A stretch of DNA of 43,433 bases from positions 1 to 43,433 of the forward strand of contig JALOQL010000002.1 of the NCBI GenBank assembly GCA_025453415.1, given 5' to 3'. The notes under the pieces are model-generated. The model saw only the letters and a list, made by a program, of their open reading frames with translations, did not search any database and was not told the DNA's origin. Below, piece after piece: positions 25,952 to 35,279 of this stretch. Made by a program: the position numbers and the translations under genes. Source of the DNA: Minisyncoccota bacterium (GTDB lineage Bacteria; Patescibacteriota; Minisyncoccia; Minisyncoccales; UBA5738). Numbering within the stretch: the first letter of the stretch is position 1; each line of letters begins with the position of its first letter.

Positions 25952-27772
25952 TTAGTTATCCGGAAAAAAACGCCTTAAGAAAAGTTCGAAGGTTGCGATA
26001 TACATTATCTTCATTGAATTATCCCTTTGCCCGGAATATTGCTGGTCAAAAAGCTTGGCAATATATCTTTTACTAAGATAGCGTTGCGATAAAAGATTTC
26101 TTTCATCCGACAAAAGTTTCCCGAAGAATTCCCGCCATGAGCCTTCTTTGGCAAACCATTTTTCAAAATCGACATAATTGCGCTTTGTCCAAAAAGCAAC
26201 CTTTCCGGCGGTCGCTTGCCGCACAATTTGCCGGACCGTATCCAGCCGGCTCCGAAAATTGGCGCCTGCCTGCCACAGCCATCGCGGCGCGTCGGCGCGC
26301 ACGCCGGTGGAATTATATGGTATGGCAGCCAGCTTGGGAAAACGCTTCGCCAGCAATCGGCGGTAAATGCGATGCTGGCTTCTCATGCCAGGCGGCAACG
26401 CCATTATGACATCAATAAAACCATTGTCCATCGCCGGTGAAGAGTGTTCGACCTGCGACCGCATCAGGCGGTAGCCTTCCATCGTGAACCGCCTCACGTG
26501 ATTATCCAAGAAAAATTTATCGATATGGTTGGCTAAATCTTCGCAAGAAGACGCGGCAAAACTCTCCTCCAGGGAAAACCGCGGCCATTCTTGGGATTTA
26601 TCGTAAAAACCGGCGTTAAAAAGCTCTCCCCTCTCTTCATGGGAAAAGAGCGCCGTTTGGTATATCGCTTCTTTCAATCGTTCCCGGTCATGGACATGAG
26701 AGAACTTGTCCAAATAGCTGCCTCCCAAAGTCAGGTCAAGCGCAAAACCATCAAATACGACCTCGGCATCGCGCGCCGCCAATTTATGGATAGGCGGAAT
26801 ATACCCCACGCCAATATAATCCATGCCTTCAGTTATTTCCACTGCCTCGGACGCGCCCTGGGTAATTATTTGCGGCTCAATATCAAAGCAATTCCAGGGC
26901 AGATTTAAACGATTGGCCACCTTTTGGGCAATCCGGACTTCTTCGCAATCGGCGCCGCCAAAAGAAAACGCCCGGAAGTTACCCCTGGCATCCGCCGGAA
27001 TAAGGCCGGCCACCAAACGCGAATCCAGGCCACCGCTCAGTGATACCGAGCCAGTCCGGGAAGGTCGCGTCCGTAAGACCATCGCCCGATCAAGCGTCTG
27101 CGCCAATTCGTCAACGAATCGCGCCTCGCTTTTTACATTGTCGGGCGAATATGGAAAATCCCAATACCGATCAAAATCCGCCTTCCCGCCTTGAAAAGAG
27201 AATATCGTCCCGGCCGGAAAAGCGCGCACGCCTCCGAAAAATGTCTTATCGCCCAATAACTTTCCGAAAGCAAACCAATCCGCGACCGCGGCCTCATCTA
27301 GTCGCGGCGCACCTCCGGCCCGTGCCACCGCCGCGGCGGACGGGGCAAGCATAAAATAATTTGAATCTATCGCGAAGAAATGCGGCCGGGAACCAAAACG
27401 GTCGCTGGCAACCAATGTCTTTCTTTGATTAAAATCGTGGATACAGATAATAAATGAACCGTTTAAGCGGTGAATAAAATCCACGCCTTCTTTCTCGTAA
27501 AGACCAAGGCACAACTTGGCATCATTTCCGCTCTCCGCGGTTCCATACAGTTCACCGTCAAGCATGACCGCCACGCTCCGGTCATGGTTAAAAACCGGCT
27601 GCGGCCCAGGATTGAATGTTCCTAAATGAAGGCGAGCTCCGCAAAATGAAGCATGGCAAAAACGGTCGGTTTGGAAATGGCCGCGACCCATTGCTGCGGA
27701 AATCATTTTTTCCAGCAATGCTCCATCGATGGCAATATTTGACGATGGCGCAACACAGATCAATCCAGGCAT
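25952..27772 (-). CDS. Asparagine synthetase (AsnB)-like amidotransferase/amide ligase, N-terminal nucleophile Cys absent
   Basis: The track start at 27865 overlaps the upstream GT4 by 80 nt. ATG 27772 lies 13 nt after that stop. The N-terminus reads MPGLICVAPS where AsnB has MCG/MCS. PP-loop SVSLSGGLDSRLVAG is present. 606 aa. Confidence 0.85.
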   Translation of the reverse strand: MPGLICVAPSSNIAIDGALLEKMISAAMGRGHFQTDRFCHASFCGARLHLGTFNPGPQPVFNHDRSVAVMLDGELYGTAESGNDAKLCLGLYEKEGVDFIHRLNGSFIICIHDFNQRKTLVASDRFGSRPHFFAIDSNYFMLAPSAAAVARAGGAPRLDEAAVADWFAFGKLLGDKTFFGGVRAFPAGTIFSFQGGKADFDRYWDFPYSPDNVKSEARFVDELAQTLDRAMVLRTRPSRTGSVSLSGGLDSRLVAGLIPADARGNFRAFSFGGADCEEVRIAQKVANRLNLPWNCFDIEPQIITQGASEAVEITEGMDYIGVGYIPPIHKLAARDAEVVFDGFALDLTLGGSYLDKFSHVHDRERLKEAIYQTALFSHEERGELFNAGFYDKSQEWPRFSLEESFAASSCEDLANHIDKFFLDNHVRRFTMEGYRLMRSQVEHSSPAMDNGFIDVIMALPPGMRSQHRIYRRLLAKRFPKLAAIPYNSTGVRADAPRWLWQAGANFRSRLDTVRQIVRQATAGKVAFWTKRNYVDFEKWFAKEGSWREFFGKLLSDERNLLSQRYLSKRYIAKLFDQQYSGQRDNSMKIMYIATFELFLRRFFPDN

Positions 27773-27785
27773 ATTTTTTTGGCAA

Positions 27786-28964
27786 TCATCGCTTTTTTGA
27801 GATTTGGCAGTATGCTTCGTGCAGCTGTTTACCCACGGCCGCAAGGCTGAAATTATCCGCGGCATACCTGTTCAACTCTTTTGGCGCATAATCCTGGCAA
27901 TGATCCAGCATTCGGACCACCGCGGCGGCCAATGAGGATTTGTCGCCCAACGGCACCAGTATTCCCCGGTTCGCGCTGATAGTCCGGCGAAATGCCGGAA
28001 TATCATAGGCCACCACCGGAATACCGCAAGCCAAAGCCTCGACCGTGCTGGCGCCAAAAGTTTCCCCATAGCTGGGATGCAGCATAAAATCACATTGCCG
28101 CATCATCCGGGCAACCTCCTGTTTTGGCTGTAAACCATGGAAAATGGCCCGATCGCCGATCCCCAATTGCCGCGCCATTTCTTCGTAATCTCCCTGACGC
28201 GGCCCGCCGCCGAAAATATGCATTTGCCAACCGGAACGCTCCCTTAGCTTTACCAGCACCTCCAATATATCGCCGATCCCCTTTTCCGGAAGCAGATTTC
28301 CGACGAACACGATCCGCTTGGGCCGCCCATCGATTCCGCACTTTGACTCCGGAAAAAAAATCGAAGTATCCACCGCGTTGGGAATGACGCGGAAATTAGC
28401 TTTGATCCCGTAGGATTGGATCGCTGCCATCAACGGCTGGCTCACCGGCAACACCGCGTCCGCCAAGCCGAACGCCAAACGGGCTTTTAATATCTCTGAC
28501 GCCGGCAAAGCTTTGCGAGAAAAAATACTCCAATGTTCGGTGACCGCGACCGGAATACCGAGGCGCCGGCCAATGGCAACCGCCGCCAATCCGGAAACAT
28601 AGACATGGGCATGAATCACATCCGGGGTAAAACCACTTCTTTTAATTTGCCGGAAAGCGCGGCCGACACACCATAGATATGTTGCCAGCGAAGTTCCCGG
28701 CAAACGCGGTTTTCGGTAAAACAATCTGTAAGTGACAATCCCCTGCGCCACTTCCGGGTCGCTTTCCTCCTCAATCTGCCACAATCGTCTTGCCCCCGAA
28801 TCCGCCTGGATCCAATACAGAACCCGCACGTCATCATTTATCTTTGCGGCTTTCGCGTGTTCGCGCACAAAAACGTTATCGGCCGGATGGTCTTTGGTGG
28901 GATAGCTTCCGGTGATAAAAAGCACCTTCAACCGGCGTTTGCCGGTTACGCTTTCGGACACCAT
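27786..28964 (-). CDS. GT4-family glycosyltransferase
   Basis: 392 aa. Strings: KVLFITGSYP, HPSYGETFGASTVEALACGIPVVAYDIPAFRRTI. Confidence 0.85.
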   Translation of the reverse strand: MVSESVTGKRRLKVLFITGSYPTKDHPADNVFVREHAKAAKINDDVRVLYWIQADSGARRLWQIEEESDPEVAQGIVTYRLFYRKPRLPGTSLATYLWCVGRAFRQIKRSGFTPDVIHAHVYVSGLAAVAIGRRLGIPVAVTEHWSIFSRKALPASEILKARLAFGLADAVLPVSQPLMAAIQSYGIKANFRVIPNAVDTSIFFPESKCGIDGRPKRIVFVGNLLPEKGIGDILEVLVKLRERSGWQMHIFGGGPRQGDYEEMARQLGIGDRAIFHGLQPKQEVARMMRQCDFMLHPSYGETFGASTVEALACGIPVVAYDIPAFRRTISANRGILVPLGDKSSLAAAVVRMLDHCQDYAPKELNRYAADNFSLAAVGKQLHEAYCQISKKR

Positions 28965-28967
28965 GCT

Positions 28968-30011
28968 TCAAATATTATTACAGGGGCAGGTCCGGCAAGG
29001 GGCAAGTTCGGGCCGTCTTTTATCCAAGAAATCCCGCCGCCGTTCCTGGAAGTGGGCGTTGTTCCAAACGTCCTTGTCGTAGAATTTGCCATTGCCGCGC
29101 ATGTTCAGTATCTGGCCGGTGCAGCCGCCCACGTCCCCTTCGCCGTCGACCCGGATCAGGCGGAAATAATCCGCGCAGTAACGCTCCCGGCGGTTGCGGT
29201 CCAAAAGCGTGGGCATATTGATCTTCAGGCCGCAATCCCCTTTCTTCACTTGGTCCAAGATCTTGACCGCATCGGCATCATCGCGAAACAACGACCGCTC
29301 CTCGGCGGTGAATCCCGGCGAGGGCGAGGGCAGGAAGTTATGGAAAGTCGCGCCGTCAACGCCGCATTGGCGCGCGTAGTCGATCATCTTGAAAATATCT
29401 TTGACATTCTGCCGGTCCAAAATATAAGAAAATGTTATTTCGAGCTGCGATTTCCGCGCGTTCCTTTCGGCAACCAGCTTGATCACGTTCTCACGGACCT
29501 TGGCATGGAATTCCCTGGGCTGGCCGGTCATGCGGAAGAATTCTTCCTCGTTGTGGCCGTCAACGCTGATCTCGATCGCCGCCAACCCGCATTCCAGAAC
29601 GTCGTTTATCTTGTCATCCAGCACGGTGCCGTTGGAAACCGTTACGGCATTCATCTTGCGCTCAAACACCGCGTAACGGACCATCTTGAAAAAATCCGGA
29701 TTAAGCAGCGGCTCGCCGGTACCGATGAAAGAGATCCCTTGCGCGTTGCGGAATCTATCCGCGAAACGGCGGAAAGTTTCAAAATCGATGTCGCGGCCGC
29801 CGGGGTAGTTGTAGCCGCTGTGTTTGATCTTTTTGGAATGGGTCTGGCACATGTCGCAAGCATAAGTGCACCGATTGGTAACGTGTATCGACAGCTCGAT
29901 CGGATCGTAAAACAGCCGCGGGCCCCGGGGCAGGAATTTATATTTGGCGTAATTGATGACCTGGCCGGGGGTTATTTGGCCGGTAATTAGTTTTTTAATG
30001 ATTGGTTTCAT
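28968..30011 (-). CDS. Radical SAM enzyme with Cys-rich SPASM/twitch-like C-terminal region
   Basis: The track start at 30086 overlaps the upstream GT2. ATG 30011 (MKPIIKKLI...) lies 22 nt after that stop. CxxxCxxC cluster in HVTNRCTYACDMCQ, then GTGEPLLNP. C-terminal cysteines: CADYFRLIRVDGEGDVGGC and CRTCPC. Confidence 0.85.
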   Translation of the reverse strand: MKPIIKKLITGQITPGQVINYAKYKFLPRGPRLFYDPIELSIHVTNRCTYACDMCQTHSKKIKHSGYNYPGGRDIDFETFRRFADRFRNAQGISFIGTGEPLLNPDFFKMVRYAVFERKMNAVTVSNGTVLDDKINDVLECGLAAIEISVDGHNEEEFFRMTGQPREFHAKVRENVIKLVAERNARKSQLEITFSYILDRQNVKDIFKMIDYARQCGVDGATFHNFLPSPSPGFTAEERSLFRDDADAVKILDQVKKGDCGLKINMPTLLDRNRRERYCADYFRLIRVDGEGDVGGCTGQILNMRGNGKFYDKDVWNNAHFQERRRDFLDKRRPELAPCRTCPCNNI

Positions 30012-30033
30012 ATTATGAATCTTCAATAGTAAA

Positions 30034-31050
30034 CTAACACGCAGGCGGTGCATTATCAACCGCCGGCACCGTTTTTTTGCCCGCAACCGTATCGTTGAAA
30101 AAATCCAGCCGGCCGGCCTTGATCGGGTTTCGATGGCGCCAACAATACCAAAAAGCCGCGGCCAGCCATTTTAATTCCGCAAACGCCGCCTTCCGGTCTT
30201 TTGAAAAAAGAACTCTTGCCAGGGTAAAACCCAGCTCGCCGGCGCGGCTCCAAACATAGCAAAAGCGATCGCGGCGGCCGCGGCCAAAGAGCTTGCAAAA
30301 AAGATACCATCCGTAAACCTGGCGCATGTAAATGAATTCTTTGGCCGCCGCCCGGCCCGCCGGCGAGCTTTTATGGACAAGTTTTGCCGCCGGAGTGATG
30401 AAAAGCGAACCGGGATATTTTTTGAAAACGCGGTAGGAAAATTCCAGGTCCTCGCCGTCGGAATATTTCTTTAGGTTTTCGTCATAAAAGAATTCGCCGT
30501 ACACCCGCCTCTTGAAAGAATGGTTGGCGCCGGAAAGCCATTCGCAGCCTATTACCCGGTCCAGCCGCGCCGGATAGGTCGCGCTCACGGACGGCAAGGC
30601 CCGACAGCGATTGTTCTCCAAATGGTAATGGCAAAACATCCGGCGAAAAAAATTCCTTTTTAAAGAAAACCTTTCCTGCTTGATATATCCCTGCACTCCC
30701 AGCGCCTGGCGCTGCTTGCGGTAAACCGCCGATATTCCGCGGACATAATCCTTGTCCAGGATCACATCGTCATCCAAAAAAATAATGATCTCGCCATGGG
30801 TCGCTTTGACGCCAAGGTTGCGCGCCACGGTCAAACTATTCTCTTGGCGGTTCTCCAAATAATCCAATCGGACGCCGCGGCGCGCGAATTCGTCTTTCCT
30901 TCGCGACACCAAAGAGCGGGTCGGGGCATCATCGCCGTTATCGACCACCAGCACCTCGACGGGCAATTCGCTTTGCGCCAAGATCGACCCCAGGCATTCG
31001 TCAAGATCGCGCGTTCGCTTGTATGTTGGAATGATGACTGAAATTTCCAT
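30034..31050 (-). CDS. GT2-family glycosyltransferase (soluble type)
   Basis: 338 aa. Motifs: ISVIIPTYKRTRDLDECLGSILAQ, VLVVDNGDD, IIFLDDDV (DxD). Confidence 0.85.
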   Translation of the reverse strand: MEISVIIPTYKRTRDLDECLGSILAQSELPVEVLVVDNGDDAPTRSLVSRRKDEFARRGVRLDYLENRQENSLTVARNLGVKATHGEIIIFLDDDVILDKDYVRGISAVYRKQRQALGVQGYIKQERFSLKRNFFRRMFCHYHLENNRCRALPSVSATYPARLDRVIGCEWLSGANHSFKRRVYGEFFYDENLKKYSDGEDLEFSYRVFKKYPGSLFITPAAKLVHKSSPAGRAAAKEFIYMRQVYGWYLFCKLFGRGRRDRFCYVWSRAGELGFTLARVLFSKDRKAAFAELKWLAAAFWYCWRHRNPIKAGRLDFFNDTVAGKKTVPAVDNAPPAC

Positions 31051-31053
31051 GTT

Positions 31054-31788
31054 TCAAATCTCGATATTTTTTACCGAGACCAAATAACCGGCTTCCTGCC
31101 AATTCTTGTCCGGCCAAACATCGGCCGGTATTTTTTCCGCGGTGATCTTATCCGCGGCGACATATTTTCCCAAGAGCCGGCGGTAATCGCGGCGCCAGCA
31201 GCCGCGCCAGTATTCCCCCCGGCCACGAGCCGAATCCGAATGCCATTCAAGCAGGAAAAGCGACTTCCGCGCGATCCGCAGCAAATTGCCGATTACATTT
31301 TCAATAATTTCCGGACCCGCGTAAAGCAGGACCGCGTCCGTAAAGACCGCGTCATAGCTTTTATCCGGGATCTTATCCAATTCCGTCATTTTCATCGCCG
31401 CCAGTTCGACATTTGTCAAATTATTTTTGACAAATAATCGCCGCCCCTGCTCGATCGAACGCGGATCAAGATCAATGCCGGTTAAGCGAGCTTGGGGAAA
31501 TTCCCGAGCCAGCCAATAAAGGTTGGCGCCATAGCCGCATCCCGCTTCCAAGACCGACTCAAACGGCCCCGCCGCGGCAATTTTTTTTGCCAAAAACGCG
31601 CGATGCGGATGGTTAAGGTTCTCCAGGTCCTTAGCCACTTCCTCCCGGGATCGGCCCAGCCAGCGGCGCCGCGCCATACTTGCGCCGGCAATCACGGCCA
31701 AAATCCCTAAAACAGCCCAATACGTCTTTTTGGACAGCGAATGCAGTATCGGATAACGGCTGATGAACGCTATTATTTTCTCTTTCAT
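31054..31788 (-). CDS. Class I SAM-dependent methyltransferase with N-terminal membrane anchor
   Basis: 244 aa. TM TYWAVLGILAVIAGA, motif I VLEAGCGYGANLYWL, GIDLDPRSI, YDAVFTDAVLLY. Confidence 0.85.
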   Translation of the reverse strand: MKEKIIAFISRYPILHSLSKKTYWAVLGILAVIAGASMARRRWLGRSREEVAKDLENLNHPHRAFLAKKIAAAGPFESVLEAGCGYGANLYWLAREFPQARLTGIDLDPRSIEQGRRLFVKNNLTNVELAAMKMTELDKIPDKSYDAVFTDAVLLYAGPEIIENVIGNLLRIARKSLFLLEWHSDSARGRGEYWRGCWRRDYRRLLGKYVAADKITAEKIPADVWPDKNWQEAGYLVSVKNIEI

Positions 31789-31803
31789 GAAAAGCGGAAA
31801 TTT

Positions 31804-32808
31804 TTATAACTCCTGGGCCTGCAAAAAGTAAAGCTGGTTAAAATCCGCGGCATTTTCAATGCGGGATTCGACTTCTTCTGACGCCACTCCGCCAATCCGT
31901 CCAAACCCCAGCGCTTTCATGCCATTGGCCGTGGCCATCCGAATCGCTTCTTTTGCCGGGATTTTGCCAGCGTCGCAATTAACGCCCTTTTGGAGCAGGG
32001 CCGCGAATTTGGCCGCTTCCCAAACGTCCAAACGGTTGGAACTGGCCGCGCCATCAGTCCCCAAACACACATTAATGCCCGCTTTTAACATCTTCTCCAC
32101 CGGCGCGATTCCCGAACCAAGCTTCAGATTGCTTAGCGGACAATGGGCGACATTTGCTTTCCGCCGGGCGATGATCTCGATATCATGGTCGGTCACCCAA
32201 ACGCAATGAGCCAATAGCGCCCGCTCGTCCAGCAATCCCAAGCGGTCAATATATTCCACCGGCGAGCAATGGTTGGTTTTTTGGCAATCATCGAATTCCT
32301 TCTTGGTTTCGGCCAAATGGATGTGCAACAGGGTTCCGTATTTGTCGGCAAGTTTTTTGCATTTCAACAGCGTCGCTTCGGAAACGGTATAAATAGCGTG
32401 GGGCGAGACTGCAACCTTAATGTATTCGCTGGCGCGATATTTCGCGATCAGTTTCTCGGTAGCCTCCAGCGCTTCCCCGCTATTAGCCGCGCTGGGAGTC
32501 GGAAAATCAAGGATTCCCTCCCCGACCACCGCCGCCATTCCCATCTCCTCGGCCGCGCGCGCCGCTTCGTCTTCGAAAAAATACATATCGCGAAAGAGCC
32601 CAACGCGGTTGGCCCGCATTTCCGCGATCGCGGCCTTTGTTTGCTCATACACAAACGCCGGCGTAACCCGGGCGCGTTCGGCCGGAAAAATATGTTCGTT
32701 CAGCCAAACCTCCAGAGGCAAGTCCTCGGCCAAACCGCGAAAGCCCACCATGGCCGCGTGGGCATGGGCATTGACGAGCGGCAATGTGAAATTATTGTTC
32801 GTGTCCAT
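31804..32808 (-). CDS. Amidohydrolase-superfamily deaminase, MtaD/DadD-like (MTA / SAH / 5'-deoxyadenosine deaminase type), short form
   Basis: 334 aa. Motifs: PLVNAHAHAAM (HxH), LPLEVWLNEHIFPAE, HIHLAETKKE, LAHCVW, CPLSNLKLGSGIAP, LGTDGAASSN. It starts directly at the HxH motif, without the usual N-terminal beta-sandwich segment. Confidence 0.8.
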   Translation of the reverse strand: MDTNNNFTLPLVNAHAHAAMVGFRGLAEDLPLEVWLNEHIFPAERARVTPAFVYEQTKAAIAEMRANRVGLFRDMYFFEDEAARAAEEMGMAAVVGEGILDFPTPSAANSGEALEATEKLIAKYRASEYIKVAVSPHAIYTVSEATLLKCKKLADKYGTLLHIHLAETKKEFDDCQKTNHCSPVEYIDRLGLLDERALLAHCVWVTDHDIEIIARRKANVAHCPLSNLKLGSGIAPVEKMLKAGINVCLGTDGAASSNRLDVWEAAKFAALLQKGVNCDAGKIPAKEAIRMATANGMKALGFGRIGGVASEEVESRIENAADFNQLYFLQAQEL

Positions 32809-33913
32809 GGTTTTTATTTCCGATCATCCGGCGATAAATGGCGTCGATACCCGCCATTTCCTTATAATAATTGTTCTTTTCCCAAATAACGGCGCGGTTT
32901 ATTTTGCCAAACGCCGCCCTGGCCGCATCATTATCAAACAAATATAATATCTTTTCCGCCAATAATTCATAGTCTTTCAAAGGAATCACAAACCCGCCTT
33001 CCCCGTCTTTGATCCAGAGCCGGATATCGCCCGAATCCGTATTGATGACCGGCAGCTCGCAAGCCATCGCCTCCGCGGTACTGGCGGCCAAACCGCTTTC
33101 CGACAAGGAAGTGGAAACGTAAATATCAGCGGTTTGCAGACAGGAAACCATCCGGGCTTCCGAAACCCGGCCGGAAAATTCGATGTTTCCGGCAATACCC
33201 AGATCAGTGGCCAGCTTTTGGAGATAACCTTTTTGTTCGCCATCGCCAACCAAAACGAATTTTGCTTCGGGAACTTTCCTTATAACGATCGCGGCGGCTC
33301 TTACCAAGGTCTCCACGTCGTGGACCGGAGTCAGAAAACGCGTACTGACCACGGCCTTTCCCCGTGCCGCGTCGCCGGCCGGCGGTTTGAATTTATCGAT
33401 ATCAACCCCGAAAGTGAACAATTTTATCTTTTCTTCCGGAATTCCAAAATTCTTTACCGCTTCCTTGGTATTTTCACCGTCGCATACGACCAGATCAGCC
33501 CGGCGCAAAGCAAACCCGGTCATCATCCTTGCCACCCGGTCGGCCTTGGCATGGATCAAGACGTCGCTACCCCACGGCGTGACGATCAACGGATGGAAAC
33601 CGCAAAGCGCCGCCAGCCACGAATTCCCGCCCAGATCCTGGCCATGGATGATATCCGGCCGCACTTTTCGCAAAATCATTTTGGCGGCAAAAAATGCCGG
33701 CACGATGTTGGCCAGGCGCGCCACGGGGCCGGCGGCATTGACGGTTTTTTTAATGACATGGACCTTAACCGGTCCGTAATCGTCAACCAATTCGCCGTTC
33801 AAAGTAACGACATGGACTTGGTAACCCTGCTGGGCAAAATAGCGCGTCCAGCGCCAAAGATGCCGCGCCGCGGCGTCGCCGAAAAAACAAATTATGGGTT
33901 TGCCATCGATCAT
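32792..33913 (-). CDS. GT4-family glycosyltransferase
   Basis: 373 aa. HLWRWTRYFAQQGYQVHVVTL (paralogous to 19045..20142) and STSLSESGLAASTAEAMACELPVINTDSGDIRLWI. 17-nt overlap with the downstream gene. Confidence 0.85.
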   Translation of the reverse strand: MIDGKPIICFFGDAAARHLWRWTRYFAQQGYQVHVVTLNGELVDDYGPVKVHVIKKTVNAAGPVARLANIVPAFFAAKMILRKVRPDIIHGQDLGGNSWLAALCGFHPLIVTPWGSDVLIHAKADRVARMMTGFALRRADLVVCDGENTKEAVKNFGIPEEKIKLFTFGVDIDKFKPPAGDAARGKAVVSTRFLTPVHDVETLVRAAAIVIRKVPEAKFVLVGDGEQKGYLQKLATDLGIAGNIEFSGRVSEARMVSCLQTADIYVSTSLSESGLAASTAEAMACELPVINTDSGDIRLWIKDGEGGFVIPLKDYELLAEKILYLFDNDAARAAFGKINRAVIWEKNNYYKEMAGIDAIYRRMIGNKNHGHEQ

Positions 33914-35253
33914 GCGTTTATATTTGATTCTTGGCTGTCTCCGGCCAGCCGCGCCATCAGGCCGTTGGGCATCGCCAATAAGTAAAAAAACATGGCGTCA
34001 AGCATATTTATGACCGGAAGCCACAAAATTGCGATTGCCAATCCCGATACCAGCAAAAAACGATTTTTATTCCCGTTCACGAACATAACGGCCAGCGCGG
34101 CGAAAGAAAAATTCAACAGCAATAGGAAAATCCCGACATAACCGGTATCCACCAGCAATGCCGTGAATCCCTCGGTCGATTCGTTGGCGCCCACCCCGGC
34201 GGCCAGCTCCGGAAATCCCTTTTCTTCATAAAGCCGGCGCAAATAAGGCCCGATGACATTGCCGTGGACGCGATAACCGTAGCCGAAAAGCGCGACCTGC
34301 CAATTGCCGCCCACCGCCATGAAACTGCTCTCCAAATGCACACGTCGGTCAATATCCTTGGGTGAATTTTCCCAAAAACGGATGTTTTGCACCGCGCCGT
34401 AAAGCGATTTGGCCACGGCGCCGCTTATGCGCGCCAATTCGCCGCGATTTTCCACGCCATACACCAAACCGATCATCAAGACGGAAAATACCGCGAAAAC
34501 CGCGATCCTTTTGAGGCCGAGGTGAAATACCGACGTCAAAACAAACGCGACGATCGCCAAAAGCGCGATGCGCGCCGAATAATAAAGCGAGGCCAAAACC
34601 GCCAGGCCCAAAGTCAAACCGCCGATAACGCGATATGAGCGGGACTTGTCCATCATCAGAATGATCGCCGCCGGCACGCCGATGACCGCGGGAAAAAGCG
34701 CGTAAGCGGTCGTTGACCATTCGCCCGGCTGGATGGCGTAGCGGCTCAAACCGCGCAATTTTTCGGTCAAAAAACCGTAAACGATATAGTAAAAAAGATA
34801 GGCCGCAAAACTTCCCGAAACCAGCAATGCCAGCCGGCGGCCGGAAGGCATCGGAAAATTTTTCTTGGATGCGATAAAACCGACCAGCCCAAGCATCAGG
34901 AAAAAAACTATCCAGCGCGCTTTCTCGGGGCTTGCCATGACCGCCATGCCGCGCAGGCTTTCAAAAACCATGTATGAAACAAGCAAGGCAAATGCCACGC
35001 CATGCAACGATTCCGCTATCCCCTTTTTCCTTTCATAAAATTTCACCCTTCCCAGGAACAACGCGAAAATGCCGCCGGCAAGCGCGCAACCGATAAAATA
35101 TTCGTCGAAAAAGGTATATCCTGCCGCCATCAAGCCCGCGGAAAAAACCGACGCGGCGACCAGAACCGGCCAAAATAATTTCGGCCTGACAATGACGGCC
35201 GCGGCAAGCAAGATACCGGCGGCAAAATAAATTGTTGCGAGGCTTAACAGCAT
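33910..35253 (-). CDS. Wzy-like O-antigen polymerase / O-antigen-ligase-domain membrane protein
   Basis: 447 aa with about 10-12 hydrophobic spans. It has a large loop, RVHLESSFMAVGGNWQVALFGYGY...ANESTEGFTALLVDTGYVGIFLLLL, resembling the Wzy_C loop/helix. Confidence 0.65.
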   Translation of the reverse strand: MLLSLATIYFAAGILLAAAVIVRPKLFWPVLVAASVFSAGLMAAGYTFFDEYFIGCALAGGIFALFLGRVKFYERKKGIAESLHGVAFALLVSYMVFESLRGMAVMASPEKARWIVFFLMLGLVGFIASKKNFPMPSGRRLALLVSGSFAAYLFYYIVYGFLTEKLRGLSRYAIQPGEWSTTAYALFPAVIGVPAAIILMMDKSRSYRVIGGLTLGLAVLASLYYSARIALLAIVAFVLTSVFHLGLKRIAVFAVFSVLMIGLVYGVENRGELARISGAVAKSLYGAVQNIRFWENSPKDIDRRVHLESSFMAVGGNWQVALFGYGYRVHGNVIGPYLRRLYEEKGFPELAAGVGANESTEGFTALLVDTGYVGIFLLLLNFSFAALAVMFVNGNKNRFLLVSGLAIAILWLPVINMLDAMFFYLLAMPNGLMARLAGDSQESNINA

Positions 35254-35279
35254 TTTTTTGGTCCGCCGCTTGCCGGGTG

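Noticed and set aside
28857-29990. 377-aa plus ORF. Similar long plus ORFs occur at 35232..36260, 42062..43297, 22825..23679, 14396..15250, 40675..41472, 13032..13691 and 10529..11182.
   Set aside because: All lie antisense within recognised minus-strand genes (radical SAM, 2-epimerase, metallopeptidase, GT4, LpxD-like, dehydrogenase, GT2, E1 alpha). None shows a recognisable domain.
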